A DNA stretch of 63,785 nucleotides, filler included, from Reticulomyxa filosa (Eukaryota; Protista; Foraminifera): the NCBI GenBank assembly GCA_000512085.1. It is 27 parts of 27 records of this genome, joined end to end, with 100 filler letters (N's around TTAATTAATTAA, not from the genome) between each part and the next. Parts side by side here need not be neighbours in the genome. Positions count along the whole stretch, not along the records: positions 6,724 to 13,553 come from ASPP01026384.1; positions 13,654 to 15,807 come from ASPP01020373.1; positions 15,908 to 17,871 come from ASPP01047561.1; positions 17,972 to 19,945 come from ASPP01020751.1; positions 20,046 to 21,704 come from ASPP01018010.1; positions 21,805 to 23,360 come from ASPP01032753.1; positions 23,461 to 25,267 come from ASPP01036533.1; 20 more parts are not named here. One strand, written 5' to 3'. Both the position numbers and the translations under genes were made by a program. Each line of letters begins with the position of its first letter. The stretch's first letter is position 1. The notes beneath the pieces were generated by a model that did no database searches, was not told the DNA's origin, and saw only the letters and a list, made by a program, of their open reading frames with translations. Of this stretch, positions 12,962 through 25,267 are shown one piece after another.

Positions 12962-13732
12962 TATGATATTCACGATGAAGTAAATAAAATAAACAAATCT
13001 CGTTAGTGCTGACCAGCAAGCATATTACAAAATGTTGTACTTTTTTTTTCTTGTAGCTGTGTATGGTGTGATTTCTTTAGTCCGGGGTTCATTTTTGTGT
13101 GTTTTTTTTTTGTGTATGAAATGATGTCGCAAAACGGCATCAAAACTTTCCAAACTTCAATTATTAAAAAAAAAATGTCACAAGTTTTGGAAATGAAGGC
13201 TTTTGTTAAATAATCTTTTTTCCTTTTTCTTTTTTTCTTTTTCTTTTTTCTTTTTATTTTTGTTGTTCAATTTTGTTGGTTTAACACAATTCACATTAAA
13301 AAACAAAGTCTTTATTATTATTATATGTTTTTTAATATTTTACTTTGTTGTTCTAGGATATATTCCCCCCTTGGACACAATTATTTGTTAATTTGGGAAT
13401 GAAACTTGATGAAAGAACTCCAAAAAGACAAAAAAAAGACCACATTAAGATCTCACGAAAACGACTTTTCCTTGAAAAATGGGTGTTTTAATGCTTCTCT
13501 TGCGGTAAATCTTTGTTCTCTATCGATTTGCAAGCATTGAGTAATCAATTCATNNNNNNNNNNNNNNNNNNNNNNNNNNNNNNNNNNNNNNNNNNNNTTA
13601 ATTAATTAANNNNNNNNNNNNNNNNNNNNNNNNNNNNNNNNNNNNNNNNNNNNAAAAAAAAAAACATATGAACAGCGACATATACTTGAAAAGGCTCTCT
13701 ATTGCACGTGAAATAGCCCATCGCCGCGTAGT

Positions 13733-15064
13733 GTGAGGACGACACCAATATCAAGTTGTGGTGACAGCCAATCGAAAGCAAGCAAGAGGACTGGCGAATC
13801 GAAACAGACAGTTCGTCAAGGCTTATATTTGAGCAGTGACTCCAATGCCAAATTTCCAAACAAGTCGGCTAGTCCTCGAGCCCGTGCTCAAACGATGCCT
13901 ACGTCGTCTTCCCCCGTAGTTACCCCCACTACGGCTACAACAACGAGAATAAGGACAACACCGACATCAACATCAATTACGACGACAACGAAGACGACAA
14001 CTGCTCGTAGTAATGGTAGCACAAGTAGTACAGCCAAACGAGTAGCGTCCTCTTCTTGCATCGTCGTGACTCGTCCGAAACTAATGAACAACAGGTCGTG
14101 TGAAACGCGTCTTCCGCAGACGAATCGCTGTAACAAAATCCCTTTGACAAAGGAAGCAACAAAGCCTCGAATGGCAAAGTCTCCATCGACGTCTCCGGCA
14201 GTGTCTTCATGTGTGTGTTCGCGTTTGCAATCACAACAGTCAGTCGGCAATGTTAGTAGTTGCAAATGTAAACCAAAAGATGACTCGACAACGACGAAGA
14301 CAACGACGAAGACAACGACGAAGACGGCAAGCAAGAGTCACACTTATTTGCCTTCCACCACTTCGAAGACACAATCGGGTCGAGGAAAAACAAGTACTCC
14401 TGGCTATCGTGGGTATTCATCTCAACGTCCAAAGGATCCCGTACGTGGAATAACTCCCTCAATCAAATCCAAGACTCTTGACACTCCCAGTTCCGCTCGT
14501 CGACCTCTCGGCAAAAGTCCTTCGCCACAGCCCAGCGCTGTCTCCACTTCCGTCCGCGCGAATAACACAAAGGCGGTCGTGCCGCGTACAAAACAACTCA
14601 CTGCTGCACACTCGACCAATGCTGTCAAGACACTTACCCAGTCCGCCACGCGAACCAATGACGAGGTCATATGTCAGGAAGTCTCGCATACGATTACTGA
14701 GAAATCCAGTTTCACTGGCCCGTTCTCTGCTCCAGAGAAATTCAAAGGCGACATTGACAAGCAACACTTTATCATTGAGGATAACACCAGCAACACTGTA
14801 TTGACAACAACATCACAATCACAATCACAAGCACAATCACAACCACAACCACAATCGCAATCACAGCCGCAGCAACAATCTGACCCATCGATTTTGTCTC
14901 CTGTCATTTACCCCGAGTTATATTATGACTATGGCCTGTTTTGTGCCGAGTATCTCAAAGATTTGAAAAAAGCAAAACTCTACGTCTCAAAGTACTTGGA
15001 ACATCGACCATCTGATGATATTGCTTTGCTTTTGCTTCAAGATATTAATCAATTTTTGGGGTAA
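13733..15064 (+). CDS. Ser/Thr/Lys-rich low-complexity protein with a C-terminal TPR-like helix pair (5' partial)
   Basis: 443-aa ORF ending YYDYGLFCAEYLKDLKKAKLYVSKYLEHRPSDD. Confidence 0.65.
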   Translation: MRTTPISSCGDSQSKASKRTGESKQTVRQGLYLSSDSNAKFPNKSASPRARAQTMPTSSSPVVTPTTATTTRIRTTPTSTSITTTTKTTTARSNGSTSSTAKRVASSSCIVVTRPKLMNNRSCETRLPQTNRCNKIPLTKEATKPRMAKSPSTSPAVSSCVCSRLQSQQSVGNVSSCKCKPKDDSTTTKTTTKTTTKTASKSHTYLPSTTSKTQSGRGKTSTPGYRGYSSQRPKDPVRGITPSIKSKTLDTPSSARRPLGKSPSPQPSAVSTSVRANNTKAVVPRTKQLTAAHSTNAVKTLTQSATRTNDEVICQEVSHTITEKSSFTGPFSAPEKFKGDIDKQHFIIEDNTSNTVLTTTSQSQSQAQSQPQPQSQSQPQQQSDPSILSPVIYPELYYDYGLFCAEYLKDLKKAKLYVSKYLEHRPSDDIALLLLQDINQFLG

Positions 15065-16099
15065 GAAATACTTTCATCAACACTTGTATATATCCAAATT
15101 GTTTCCTTTTAAGAAAGAAGTCACTTTGTGTTTGTCTATGTTTCGCCTCTCTTTTTCATTTGCTCCGTTTTCAATTGTGGAAGTTGGTCGGATTGTATAA
15201 TCTCATATACATATCTTTCTATCTTTAGTTTTTTTTTCTTTTTTTGATTCAAAAAATTAAACATAGAAAAGGTTAATCTTGTTTAATCACTGAATCGCTT
15301 GCATTGTCCAAAAAGTTATTAACAATTTTTTATGGTGATTGCTTTTATTTTAATTTTATTTCAAAAAGAATGATTTGAGACAACAATTTAATTATCCGCG
15401 AAATTGTGATTTAATTTCATAATTAACAAAGGAAAAATCACTTACAAACAATTGAAGTAGTTAACTTAAATTTTTACTTTTTTAATTATTTTTAAATTTG
15501 AAATAATAGCTGGCGTTGTTGTATTTATTTATTTTAATAATTAATTAGCTAAATTTATTAGAACCTTTTCCAAATAGTTAGAAAAGATTTTTAAAAAAAT
15601 GAAAAGAAAAATAAGTAAAAATAAAAATAGTCTAACTCAAATTAATTGATTTTTTCATTTTCTTAAACTCAATTTTAAAAAAGACAAATGAGCAAATAAA
15701 TTACACGTACTCGCTTTCATAACTGAATTTCAATTTTTATCAAAATATAATTTCTTATTCAGTATAGTAAAATTTCAAGATATGAACAGCAACGCTTTTT
15801 ATCTCAANNNNNNNNNNNNNNNNNNNNNNNNNNNNNNNNNNNNNNNNNNNNTTAATTAATTAANNNNNNNNNNNNNNNNNNNNNNNNNNNNNNNNNNNNN
15901 NNNNNNNACTTGTTTTTGTTAGAAAACGTCACTGATCCTGCTTTTTCAATTTCATTTTTTTTTATTGGAAATTTTTTTATCTGTTCAAGCCTTTTTATGT
16001 GAGCAGGCTGCAATTAACTTGAAAAAAATTTTTAAATGAGAAAAACATTAACTTTTTTGTCTGTCTTGAACCATGGTGAATGTACATAAAACAAAGTGC

Positions 16100-17871
16100 A
16101 AATTAAATGTTTCCAATAAACTCAGTATTTCCACAAATCGTTTGCCACAAAATTTTTTTTTAATCTTAAAGTGGATTTATTGCTCATTTGAAGTCCTTCC
16201 GTTTCATTGTGTAGGGGGCAAACGGAGGAGAAAATATGAATGGAAAACTCTTGGTTTACTCGCAGCATGAAATTGTCGTTGGTATTTGTGGTAATACATG
16301 TATTAAATGCGCTCATGGTGATGTTAAGCGCAAATAATGAATACACGCAATTCAGTGGTGAACTTAACGAACGAACAAACACATCTGTATCATCACTACA
16401 ATATAAACATATTGAAAACATCATGGAATACGTTAATCAGCTATTTGTGGAATTAATAACATGGAGACTTGCACAATATCCACAAGTCAACAGCTTGACA
16501 GCTGTATTATTAGTGCAAATGTTCAATAAGAAGTCAATGCAATTCAAGAGTGAAAGTATACGTATTCCACAAAACACATTGCCGATCGATCCAAAGAAAT
16601 CTAAGAGTCCATATAACAAAGCGCCAGCCGTGAGTACGTTCCCATCAACTTCGACTATATCAGGGAATTTTTACAAATTAATATTCAAAATACTCTCATA
16701 CAGGTAAATAACAGGAATATAAAGATCAAATGGAAAAAAAAAATGTTCATTAAAATATGTTCATGAAAAAAAAGTGTATATTTACTTATAGCAAGAAATA
16801 GTAATTGTGAGAAAGGATTACATATATGATGTATTTGATTTTAAAAAAATTTTTCAAAAAAAAAAAATAGTACGTTTGTGAATGGCGAAGTAGAAGTGAT
16901 GATGACACCAACATCGAATGAAATATGCAAACAGTGTCAGCCAGGAACGAGTGTGAGATTCGAAACATTGTTCGCGGCCAACTGTTCATGGCACCACACT
17001 GGAATGGACTCAGAAATCAACCATCACAACATATCGCCGTCCAAATGTTCATCGACTTATACAATTTCGCTGGCTATGTCCCAAGTGTTGGCCAAGTCTG
17101 CAATGTTAAGTTGTGTTTTCTTCCTTTTTTTTTAAAACAAACAAAAGATTTTGTATCATACAATAACACAGATCGCCAAGATTATGCAATAATATGGTGG
17201 TGTTACTGAGTGAAATATGTACAGACGGCGATGAAGATTTCGTCACATTGTTCGACCAGCTGCAACTACTTGTACAAGTTGTGACGGAAAGTCTGTCGCT
17301 GGTGTCTAATTGCCCATTCTATGCCCTTAAGGCGATAGAAGCTCTGCCTGTGCAAATCAGAGACATGGACATAACGCAACCAACTAACAATTTTATTGCA
17401 AGTTGGCCGTGATGTTTATTCTCTATTTATGCAAAGAAGCGCTTCTTTTTCCAATATGTGGCATCCAATGGTACTTATGCTGTCAACATCAGCATGGCGA
17501 TAGACACCAACAGACTATCTTGCTTCCACACTTTGCCCCAGCTCCAACAAGAACCTGTGATTAGAAAAAAAAGAAATACGGAGTAGAAACCACCCCGTCT
17601 CCAAAAGGAGAAAAAAAGGTTTGTTTTATTTTTGCCTTTTTTTTTTTTATATGTCCAAATGTTGTGTTTTGTTTATAGGTTCCCTCGTCCAGCAAATATT
17701 GTACCACAATGGTCCCCTATACACACACACACAAATAAAAATAAAATCGGGGTCGAACTCCACCTAGTCTCCGAAAGGAGTAAAAAAAGTATGTTTATGT
17801 TTATTTTATGTTTTTGTATATTCTTTTATTATATAATGTGGTTGTTTGTGTTTGTGAAGAAATAGGAAATC
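16100..17871 (+). pseudogene. Copy 1 of an unnamed multi-copy, intron-containing degenerate gene family
   Basis: Colinear similarity to 45330-47640 (+) and 58884-60310 (-): GGGG(A)CAAACGGA 5' motif, ACAG|GTAWATAACAG donor, TGCAATGTTA exon end, NGTYAVN/NGTYAAN/KGTYAAN peptide. Confidence 0.75.
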
Positions 17872-18028
17872 NNNNNNNNNNNNNNNNNNNNNNNNNNNNN
17901 NNNNNNNNNNNNNNNTTAATTAATTAANNNNNNNNNNNNNNNNNNNNNNNNNNNNNNNNNNNNNNNNNNNNATATATATATATTGCTGTTCTTATTTTTA
18001 TTTTTATTTTTATTTTTTAAAAAATCAG

Positions 18029-18208
18029 ATATTTGCTTCAAATAAACAAAGATTGGGATCGAAGACAATTCAAAAGACAAGTGACATGGAAGAGAAGCAG
18101 CACAGTCGAAGACCCACCCTTGCACAAAGTGCAATCCCTTTGGGACGATCAAAAGGATATGAAGATGAAAAGGAAGCAAATGAATTGCGCCAAATACAAA
18201 ATAGTAAC

Positions 18209-18239
<31 letters not shown>

Positions 18240-19097
18240 TGAATGGAAATGTGCCAATAATTCCAACAATAACATCATTTTATGGTGCTCCACTGACAAC
18301 AAACGCGAGCAGCAAGGAGCTATATGAACAAGCGCTAAGCGAGGACCGATGGCAATCGGACATGTCGAGCAGTTTATGGTACAACTACATTCGCTTGCTG
18401 TTGGGCATGTCGATTGGGATTGTAGGTATGTTGCATTTGGAAAAAAAGTCGGTGTTGATTCATTGCAGTGATGGATGGGATCGCACGGCGCAACTATCGT
18501 CACTAGCACAGATATTGCTGGATCCTTACTTTCGCACCATCCAAGGCTTGTGCACGCTGATTGAAAAAGACTGGGTTTCCTTTGGCCACAAGTTTCGAGA
18601 GCGCTTCGCACATGTCGGAGATGACACAACGGAGCAATCGCCTGTGTTCATTCAATTCTTGGACTGCTTATACCAATTGCTGTGTCAGTTTCCGACACAC
18701 TTTGAATACAACGACAATCTGCTCACTTTTATCGCATATCACGTCACGTCGTGTCGCTTTGGCACGTTTTTGAATAACTGCGAAGCCGAACGATACTACT
18801 TGCACGTGCCTTCGCATACTCCGTCCATTTGGCATTACATTCTCCAATGTGTCCATAGATACTATGAGACACGTCCACATGTCGGAGAGAATAATAACAA
18901 TAATGCTCATTGCGATGCGGATGATATCACCTATCTAAGTGAGGACTTTGTTAATTCGCAATACAAACCGTGTCCGCATGTCCTCTTCCCTGATCATAGG
19001 GCAATGCAACTCACCATTTGGCCTTTTTATCTTCGCATCGATCCTTTTCCCTCCACTGCTCCCCCATCCGCCATGCCGTCCACTTCCCAATGTCGTC

Positions 19098-19129
<32 letters not shown>

Positions 19130-19758
19130 GACCCGTGCAAAGTTTTTGAAAAACTCATTTGCGAAAAGGAACGGCTTCATCAAGCACAAACCCTTCAAAT
19201 GCAGCGCCAATTGCTTGCCGTTGCCAACGAAATCCAACAATTGAAACAAGTTACTTTTTTTTTTTTTATTTATATTTCAAAATAAATACATTTATTATTA
19301 TTATTTATTTATTGTTATTATTGTTGTTATTGAAGACGCTGGCTGATACTCATGAGAAAGGAAATGAACACTCAACGGATGTGACATCAAATACTATTGA
19401 AACACAACCTTCTTGTTTTGGCAGTGATGATGCTGATGATGTGTTGTCTCCTTCGTTACCTAGCCACTCCATCCTCTCGCACTCCATTTCTAGCTCGTCT
19501 CTTGCACATCACCCGCTGTCCACCACTGCACGCGATTTTGTAGAGACCCCTCTAGATTCTAGCTCCAAGCCCCGTTCAGACTCCAATTCGAACGTAACCG
19601 ACTCCCTCACTTTTGTCTCTCCCGTTTCCAAAAATATTTCTCTTGTGCAGTCGATCCAACAACGCAAACCTGATCAACACAATCGATCTAGTTTTTCTGG
19701 AGGTCTCCTCCATGATGCTTCTTCTGATAAGGAAGAATTGCCATATTCTCCTCAATAA
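18029..19758 (+). CDS. Myotubularin-family phosphoinositide 3-phosphatase, C-terminal part (exons 18029-19249, 19336-19758)
   Basis: Intact active site VLIHCSDGWDRT; LLDPYFRTIQG, IEKDWVSFGHKF, SPVFIQFLDC, FGTFL; coiled coil. Phase-0 intron 19250-19335. Confidence 0.96.
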
Positions 19759-20045
19759 AACAGCTCATTCAATGTTTAACTTTTTTTTTCTCTGCTTGTC
19801 TAGTTAATTTGATTTGCAAAAGAGCGTAGCCTTGAGTACACATGTGCAATTTGTTAACGACACTTTAATTTCTTTAACTCTTTCTTTAGTTGTTTTTCTT
19901 TGTTTGATTTTACTCTGTTTTGTATTTTACAATCGTTTTTTTTTTNNNNNNNNNNNNNNNNNNNNNNNNNNNNNNNNNNNNNNNNNNNNTTAATTAATTA
20001 ANNNNNNNNNNNNNNNNNNNNNNNNNNNNNNNNNNNNNNNNNNNN

Positions 20046-21369
20046 GTTGAGGATGAAGCGAGAGAGTAGTCCGACACTTGACACGCCCACTGCAACCCAT
20101 CTAAAAAAAAAAATAACATGGACCTCCAGCGGGCCCAGCCAGCTGTCATCAAGCATTCCATTCCATTCATCAATGCTTCCAATCCGGCAAACGTCGAACC
20201 GGCGCGAAAATCATGGCACTTAGACATTCACAAACAATGCTTCTTTTATTGAGAAATTCGATGCAGCTATCAAAAGTGAATTATTTTATTCGGATGGGTT
20301 AAAAAATTTAATGACAAGTCATGGAGGCGATTACGGCCCACCCCATTACATCACATTAATGGTCTCAATGTAAACCCCCAATTCGTCATGGAGGCATTGG
20401 ATTGAAAACGGCCAGACCATTCACCGGCGCTGCTTTCATAGCTTCTGCATTGTTATCTTCAAGACTACTCCCATCAATCCACAAACCCTTCAAAACTATT
20501 AACTGGATATCGACAATCGAGATGGATAATGCTATTCACGACTTCAATATACATACCGCTGACCGAGAAAATATCACAGATTTAAACTTTTTACCAGAGC
20601 AATCGACGTTATCCAAAGTATTGCAACGAACATTCGTAGGAAATTCATCAATGATTGTGATCAGAGGTCCAATGCTTTAATATCGTCCATGGAGGTCAAA
20701 CACGCGTTCGCATACCTTTTTGCTCTCCCCAATAAATTTACTAAGTCGCATTTTGACAATAAAGAGCATTAATCAGATTCCGGCTATCACAACATTTGAC
20801 AGCGGATAACAAATGTTATGGTGGTTTTGAATGTCCATCACAAATGGACGAATTGGGAGATCATGCTGTCATTTGCTCGTTTGGCAAGAGTCAAATATTC
20901 CGTCATGATTTGGTCACTACATGCATATCATCACTTTTAAAGCGTGCAGGTCTGAATCATAAACGGGAAGCTAGAATCAACAACAACAGCATCGAAAGGC
21001 CCGGAGATATTATGTTAAAATGGTTCGACAACGATTTGGAACGTACATTCTTCGACATTGGTATAACACAAAAGAACGTATCGAATCAAGTGGTAGGAAA
21101 GTTGAGAGCAGTTGACGAATATTTCGAGTTTAAGGTGGCGAAATAAAGAGGATCATTCGTCAATTCCAACGCATCGTATATTCCACTAACAGCAGAAGCA
21201 GCAGGCGCCTGGCACCAGAAGGCAGTTAAAGTATTTTGCAAAATCGCCGAAGTTTTGGACCACAAGGAAGGCAGAGACCTCCAACAGGCTAAAGATATTG
21301 TTTTTGGAGCCATAAGTATCGCTCTTCAAAAAGGCAATGCGTTGGCATTTTGCACCCACTGCCAATAAG
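20046..21369 (+). mobile_element. Degenerate 3' end of an RLE-type non-LTR retrotransposon (CRE/SLACS-like)
   Basis: RHGGIGL thumb motif near 20385; C..C..MDELGDHAVIC..G...RHD Zn knuckle; ERPGDI...FDIGIT endonuclease core; YIPLTAEAAGAW and SIALQKGNA terminus. Multiple stops and frameshifts. Confidence 0.85.
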
Positions 21370-21804
21370 GTGCAAATAGGGGAAATGGTTAACTTATGGA
21401 TTGTTCAAATCCTCGTTTTAGTTTAAGTTTTGTCACATAAATTATGGTAAAGTCAACTATGTGTTGTATAAGGGTGTGATTTGTGAGTAAAAGTGTAGCT
21501 ATCTAATTTCGTTTAATGCGCTTTCAGCGCACCTTAATTTAATGCTCAAAGCCTGAGAGGAAGTTTTCAAAAATCTATGAGTATACCATTTTACAGTCAG
21601 TGTACTATGAAAAAATCATGTTTTATAGGTTAACGGTAAATTGAGCAATGCTCACTATCTATTCATCGTAGAAACTTCCCGATTTCAGATTTGGATTCAG
21701 GACGNNNNNNNNNNNNNNNNNNNNNNNNNNNNNNNNNNNNNNNNNNNNTTAATTAATTAANNNNNNNNNNNNNNNNNNNNNNNNNNNNNNNNNNNNNNNN
21801 NNNN

Positions 21805-22140
21805 CAAAATAGGAATTCCCCCGCACAACAATATTTTTATTTATTTATTTATATTTTTATTTGTTCACCTTTCTTACAAAAAAAGTTTGTTAGTGTTTTT
21901 TTATAGGAAAAAAATAGAAATTGGAGCTCGAGGTCCTGTCAACATGTAACGTTTGTTTTTTGTTCAATCTTTAAAAAATTATAAAATAATTTTGTATGTG
22001 TTTGTACAGGTAAATCCGTCAAATAAAATGTATGTTATTTTTTAAAGTATGGAATTTGTGAATGGTAAGGGGGAAGTGAAAAAATTAGATGAAGAGGGGG
22101 AAGTGAAAAAAAAGAATGATAAGGGGGAAGTGAAAAAAAA
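21805..22140 (+). repeat. Probable downstream part of the unnamed family, with three AGGGGGAAGTGAAAAAA direct repeats (about 22068-22140)
   Basis: Contig starts AATAGGAATTCCCCC, matching the end of copy 1 (AATAGGAAATC) and 47362 (AATAGAAATTCCCCC). Confidence 0.5.
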
Positions 22141-23460
22141 GATAATAAAAAAAAAGTGATAATAATGAAGAAAAAAAAAAGGAGACAAGAAAAAGAAAGC
22201 AAAAAACGTGACAATTATATTATTGATAGAAAAAAATAATTAGAAAAAAAAAGAATAAGAAAAGAAAATAAGAAATAAGAAATAAAAAAAAGTGACAATT
22301 GTTATATATTTTTTGAGAAAAAGAAAATAATTAATGAAAGAAAAAAAAGTGTAAGAAAGAGAAAATAAGAAAAAAAAGAAAATAAGAAAGAAAAAAACAA
22401 ATATTTTAATTTTTTAAATATTTTATTGGAGCGTTGACTCCACATGAAATAAGTTAAAGTTAAGTAAATAATTTTTTTAATATGTGTTTTTAAAAAAACA
22501 AATATAAACATAACATGACATTATAGACTTTGAATAACTGTGTGTTGCGAGTCGAACAAGTGCATTTGTTTTGGCGAATAATTGTGTGGCAATGAGTATA
22601 CGTGTGTCTATTAGTAAATACGCGGTAGAGTATGGCAAGCGCTCAAGCAATGTGGAGGATGGGAGAACGTATATATATTTTTGTCCAAGAAGAACCAGTT
22701 TGTTGGACGTACCGCTTTGCAGATCAATTGCGACCATATCGAGTATTGTCCTTTTTCATTGACAATACATTGAATGAAATAGTGAATTTGGCCATATATC
22801 TATAACGATGGATATGAGACTGCACATTGTAGACAATGCTGAGATTCGGATGGAGTGCAGCTTTGTATTTGGCAAATGTCAATATCTTCGGCTAACATCA
22901 AGCGCAAGTCCAGCAAAATAATTTCCCATTATGTGGTGTATCAACACAAACATGGATTATTGTATTGCAGACACAAAAAGGATTATTAAGACAATGCGAT
23001 CCAATGTCCGGGTACCAAACAGCAGACACTCAAGTTTTGGATATCACCTTTGCAGTGGTGGTGTTTTCAAGTCCAATATAATTTTTTGTCCAGTGAGAAG
23101 AAAACGACGATACTATGTAGCAGCTCGTATGCATGTGGTAACATATATTTGTGGCAAGCATGTGAGTTTATTTTGCTTTGGTCCGAGGTCATAGAGTATA
23201 TTCGAACTGCTGCAGCAACATTGAATATATTAACACAGTGAACAACAACTCGTTGAAAGCGTAATGGAGTGTGTACTGATCGATTGTACTTTTGGGATCA
23301 TCCAGACAAACGAGTGCAATTATCGACATTTTCAGCATCTGGGTATGTTTACAAATTTGANNNNNNNNNNNNNNNNNNNNNNNNNNNNNNNNNNNNNNNN
23401 NNNNTTAATTAATTAANNNNNNNNNNNNNNNNNNNNNNNNNNNNNNNNNNNNNNNNNNNN

Positions 23461-25267
23461 CAAGTTTACCAACAACCCAGCGTCCCACCAATCAAACCAT
23501 AACAACGACCAAACGGCCCACGAATCAATCGACGAACCAAACGACAACAACCCAACAGCCAACCAATCAAACGACGACAAACGTGCCAACAATTAAGCAA
23601 CCCACCAATCGAACAACAACAAAGCAGCCAACAAGTCAACCTACAAACCAAACGATCACAAGTTTGCCAACCACCAAACGACCCACCAATCAAACAACCA
23701 CGAGTCTGCCAACAATCCAACGCCAACCAATCAAACAACGACAAAGCAGCCGACAAGTCGACCAACAAACCAAACAACAACAACAAACTGCCAACAACCC
23801 AACGCCCTACCAATCACACGACGACAAAGCAGCCAACAAGTCGACCTACAAATCAAACAACAACAAATGTTCCAACAACCAAACGACCCACAAACCAAAC
23901 GATGACAAGTGTGCCAACAACTCAACAACCCACCAATCAAACAACGACAAAGCAACCAACAAGTCGACCAACAAACCAAACGACAACAGGGGTGCCGACC
24001 ACCAAACAGCCCGGCAATCAGACCACAACAAAGCAGCCAACAGTTCGACCTACAAACCAAACGACAACACGTGTTCCAACTGTCATGCCCACCAATCAAA
24101 CAACGACAACAAAGCAGCCTACAAATCGACCCACCAATCAAACAACGACAACAAAACAGCCTACAAATCGACCCATCAATCAAACAACGACAAGTGTGCC
24201 AACAGTTAAACACCCCACCAATCAAACAACGACAACAAAACAGCCTACAAATAGGCCAGCCAATCAAACGACAACGAAGCAACCAACAGTTTGGCCCTCT
24301 AATCAAACAACGACAAGTGTGCCAACCACTAAACGTCCGACAAACCAAACAATAACCTCCAAGCCCACAAATCAGACCACGACGAAGCAGCCAACAGTTC
24401 GACCTACAAATCAAACAACGACAACGCGTGTACCAACCGCTAAGCCCACCAATCAAACAACGACAACACGTGCACCAACCGTCAAACATCCCTCGAACCA
24501 GACCACGACAAGCACACCAACGATCAAACATCCCTCAAATCAGACCACGACAAAGCAACCAACAGTTCGACCTACAAATCAAACAACGATAACACGTGCA
24601 CCAACCGCCGAACCCACCAATCAAACAACGACAACACGTGCACCAACCGTCAAACATCCTTCAAACCAAACCACATCAAGACAGCCAACCATTCGACCAA
24701 CGAACCAAACGACGACAAGCCCACCAACTACCAAGCGCCCCACCAATCAAACGACTTCAAAGCAGCCAACAATTCGACCAACAAACCAAACAACGACAAG
24801 TTTTCCAACGACCGTCCGTCCCGCCAATCAAACAACGACGAGTGTGCCAACGATCAAACACCCCTCAAACCAAACCACAACAAAGCGACCAACACTCCGT
24901 CCAACCAATCAAACAACAACAACAACAACCCTATCAACTACCAAACACCCTACAGGTCAAACCACAACAAGACGACCTACAACAAGACGACCTACAACAA
25001 GACAACCTACAACAAGACGACCTACAACAAGAAGGCCCACAACGAGACCGCCAACAAAAAGCACAACTCAGCATCCCACCAAGCGTCCGTCGTTCCATTC
25101 GACTTCCAAACCCAGCAATATCTCGACCAAGCATCCTTCGCAATCGCAATCGCAATCGCAATCCTCAAGGCCCACTCAATCATCTTCCTCCACTGGCTCC
25201 AATCTTCCCAATGCATCTTCACTAGCCACGTATACGCGTCCTCCAAGCCAAGCTCCTTCCGTTGCAC
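23461..25267 (+). CDS. Mucin-like Thr/Pro tandem-repeat protein (internal fragment; frameshifts in 5' part)
   Basis: 13-15-aa units P[TS]NQTTT..PT..; 25 NQT sequons counted in ORF 23902-25267; then RRPTT pentapeptide (15-bp) repeats near 24964-25050. Confidence 0.85.

Noticed and set aside
17748-17760. tRNA or tRNA-derived SINE (minus strand GGAGTTCGACCCC resembles a B box)
   Set aside because: No T-stem pairing, A box or cloverleaf, and the TTCGA is not kept in the other three copies.
23466-25161. Cys/Trp-rich minus-strand ORFs, or a CRISPR-like repeat-spacer pattern
   Set aside because: Antisense shadow of the Thr/Pro repeat. The units vary like codons and have no unique spacers.
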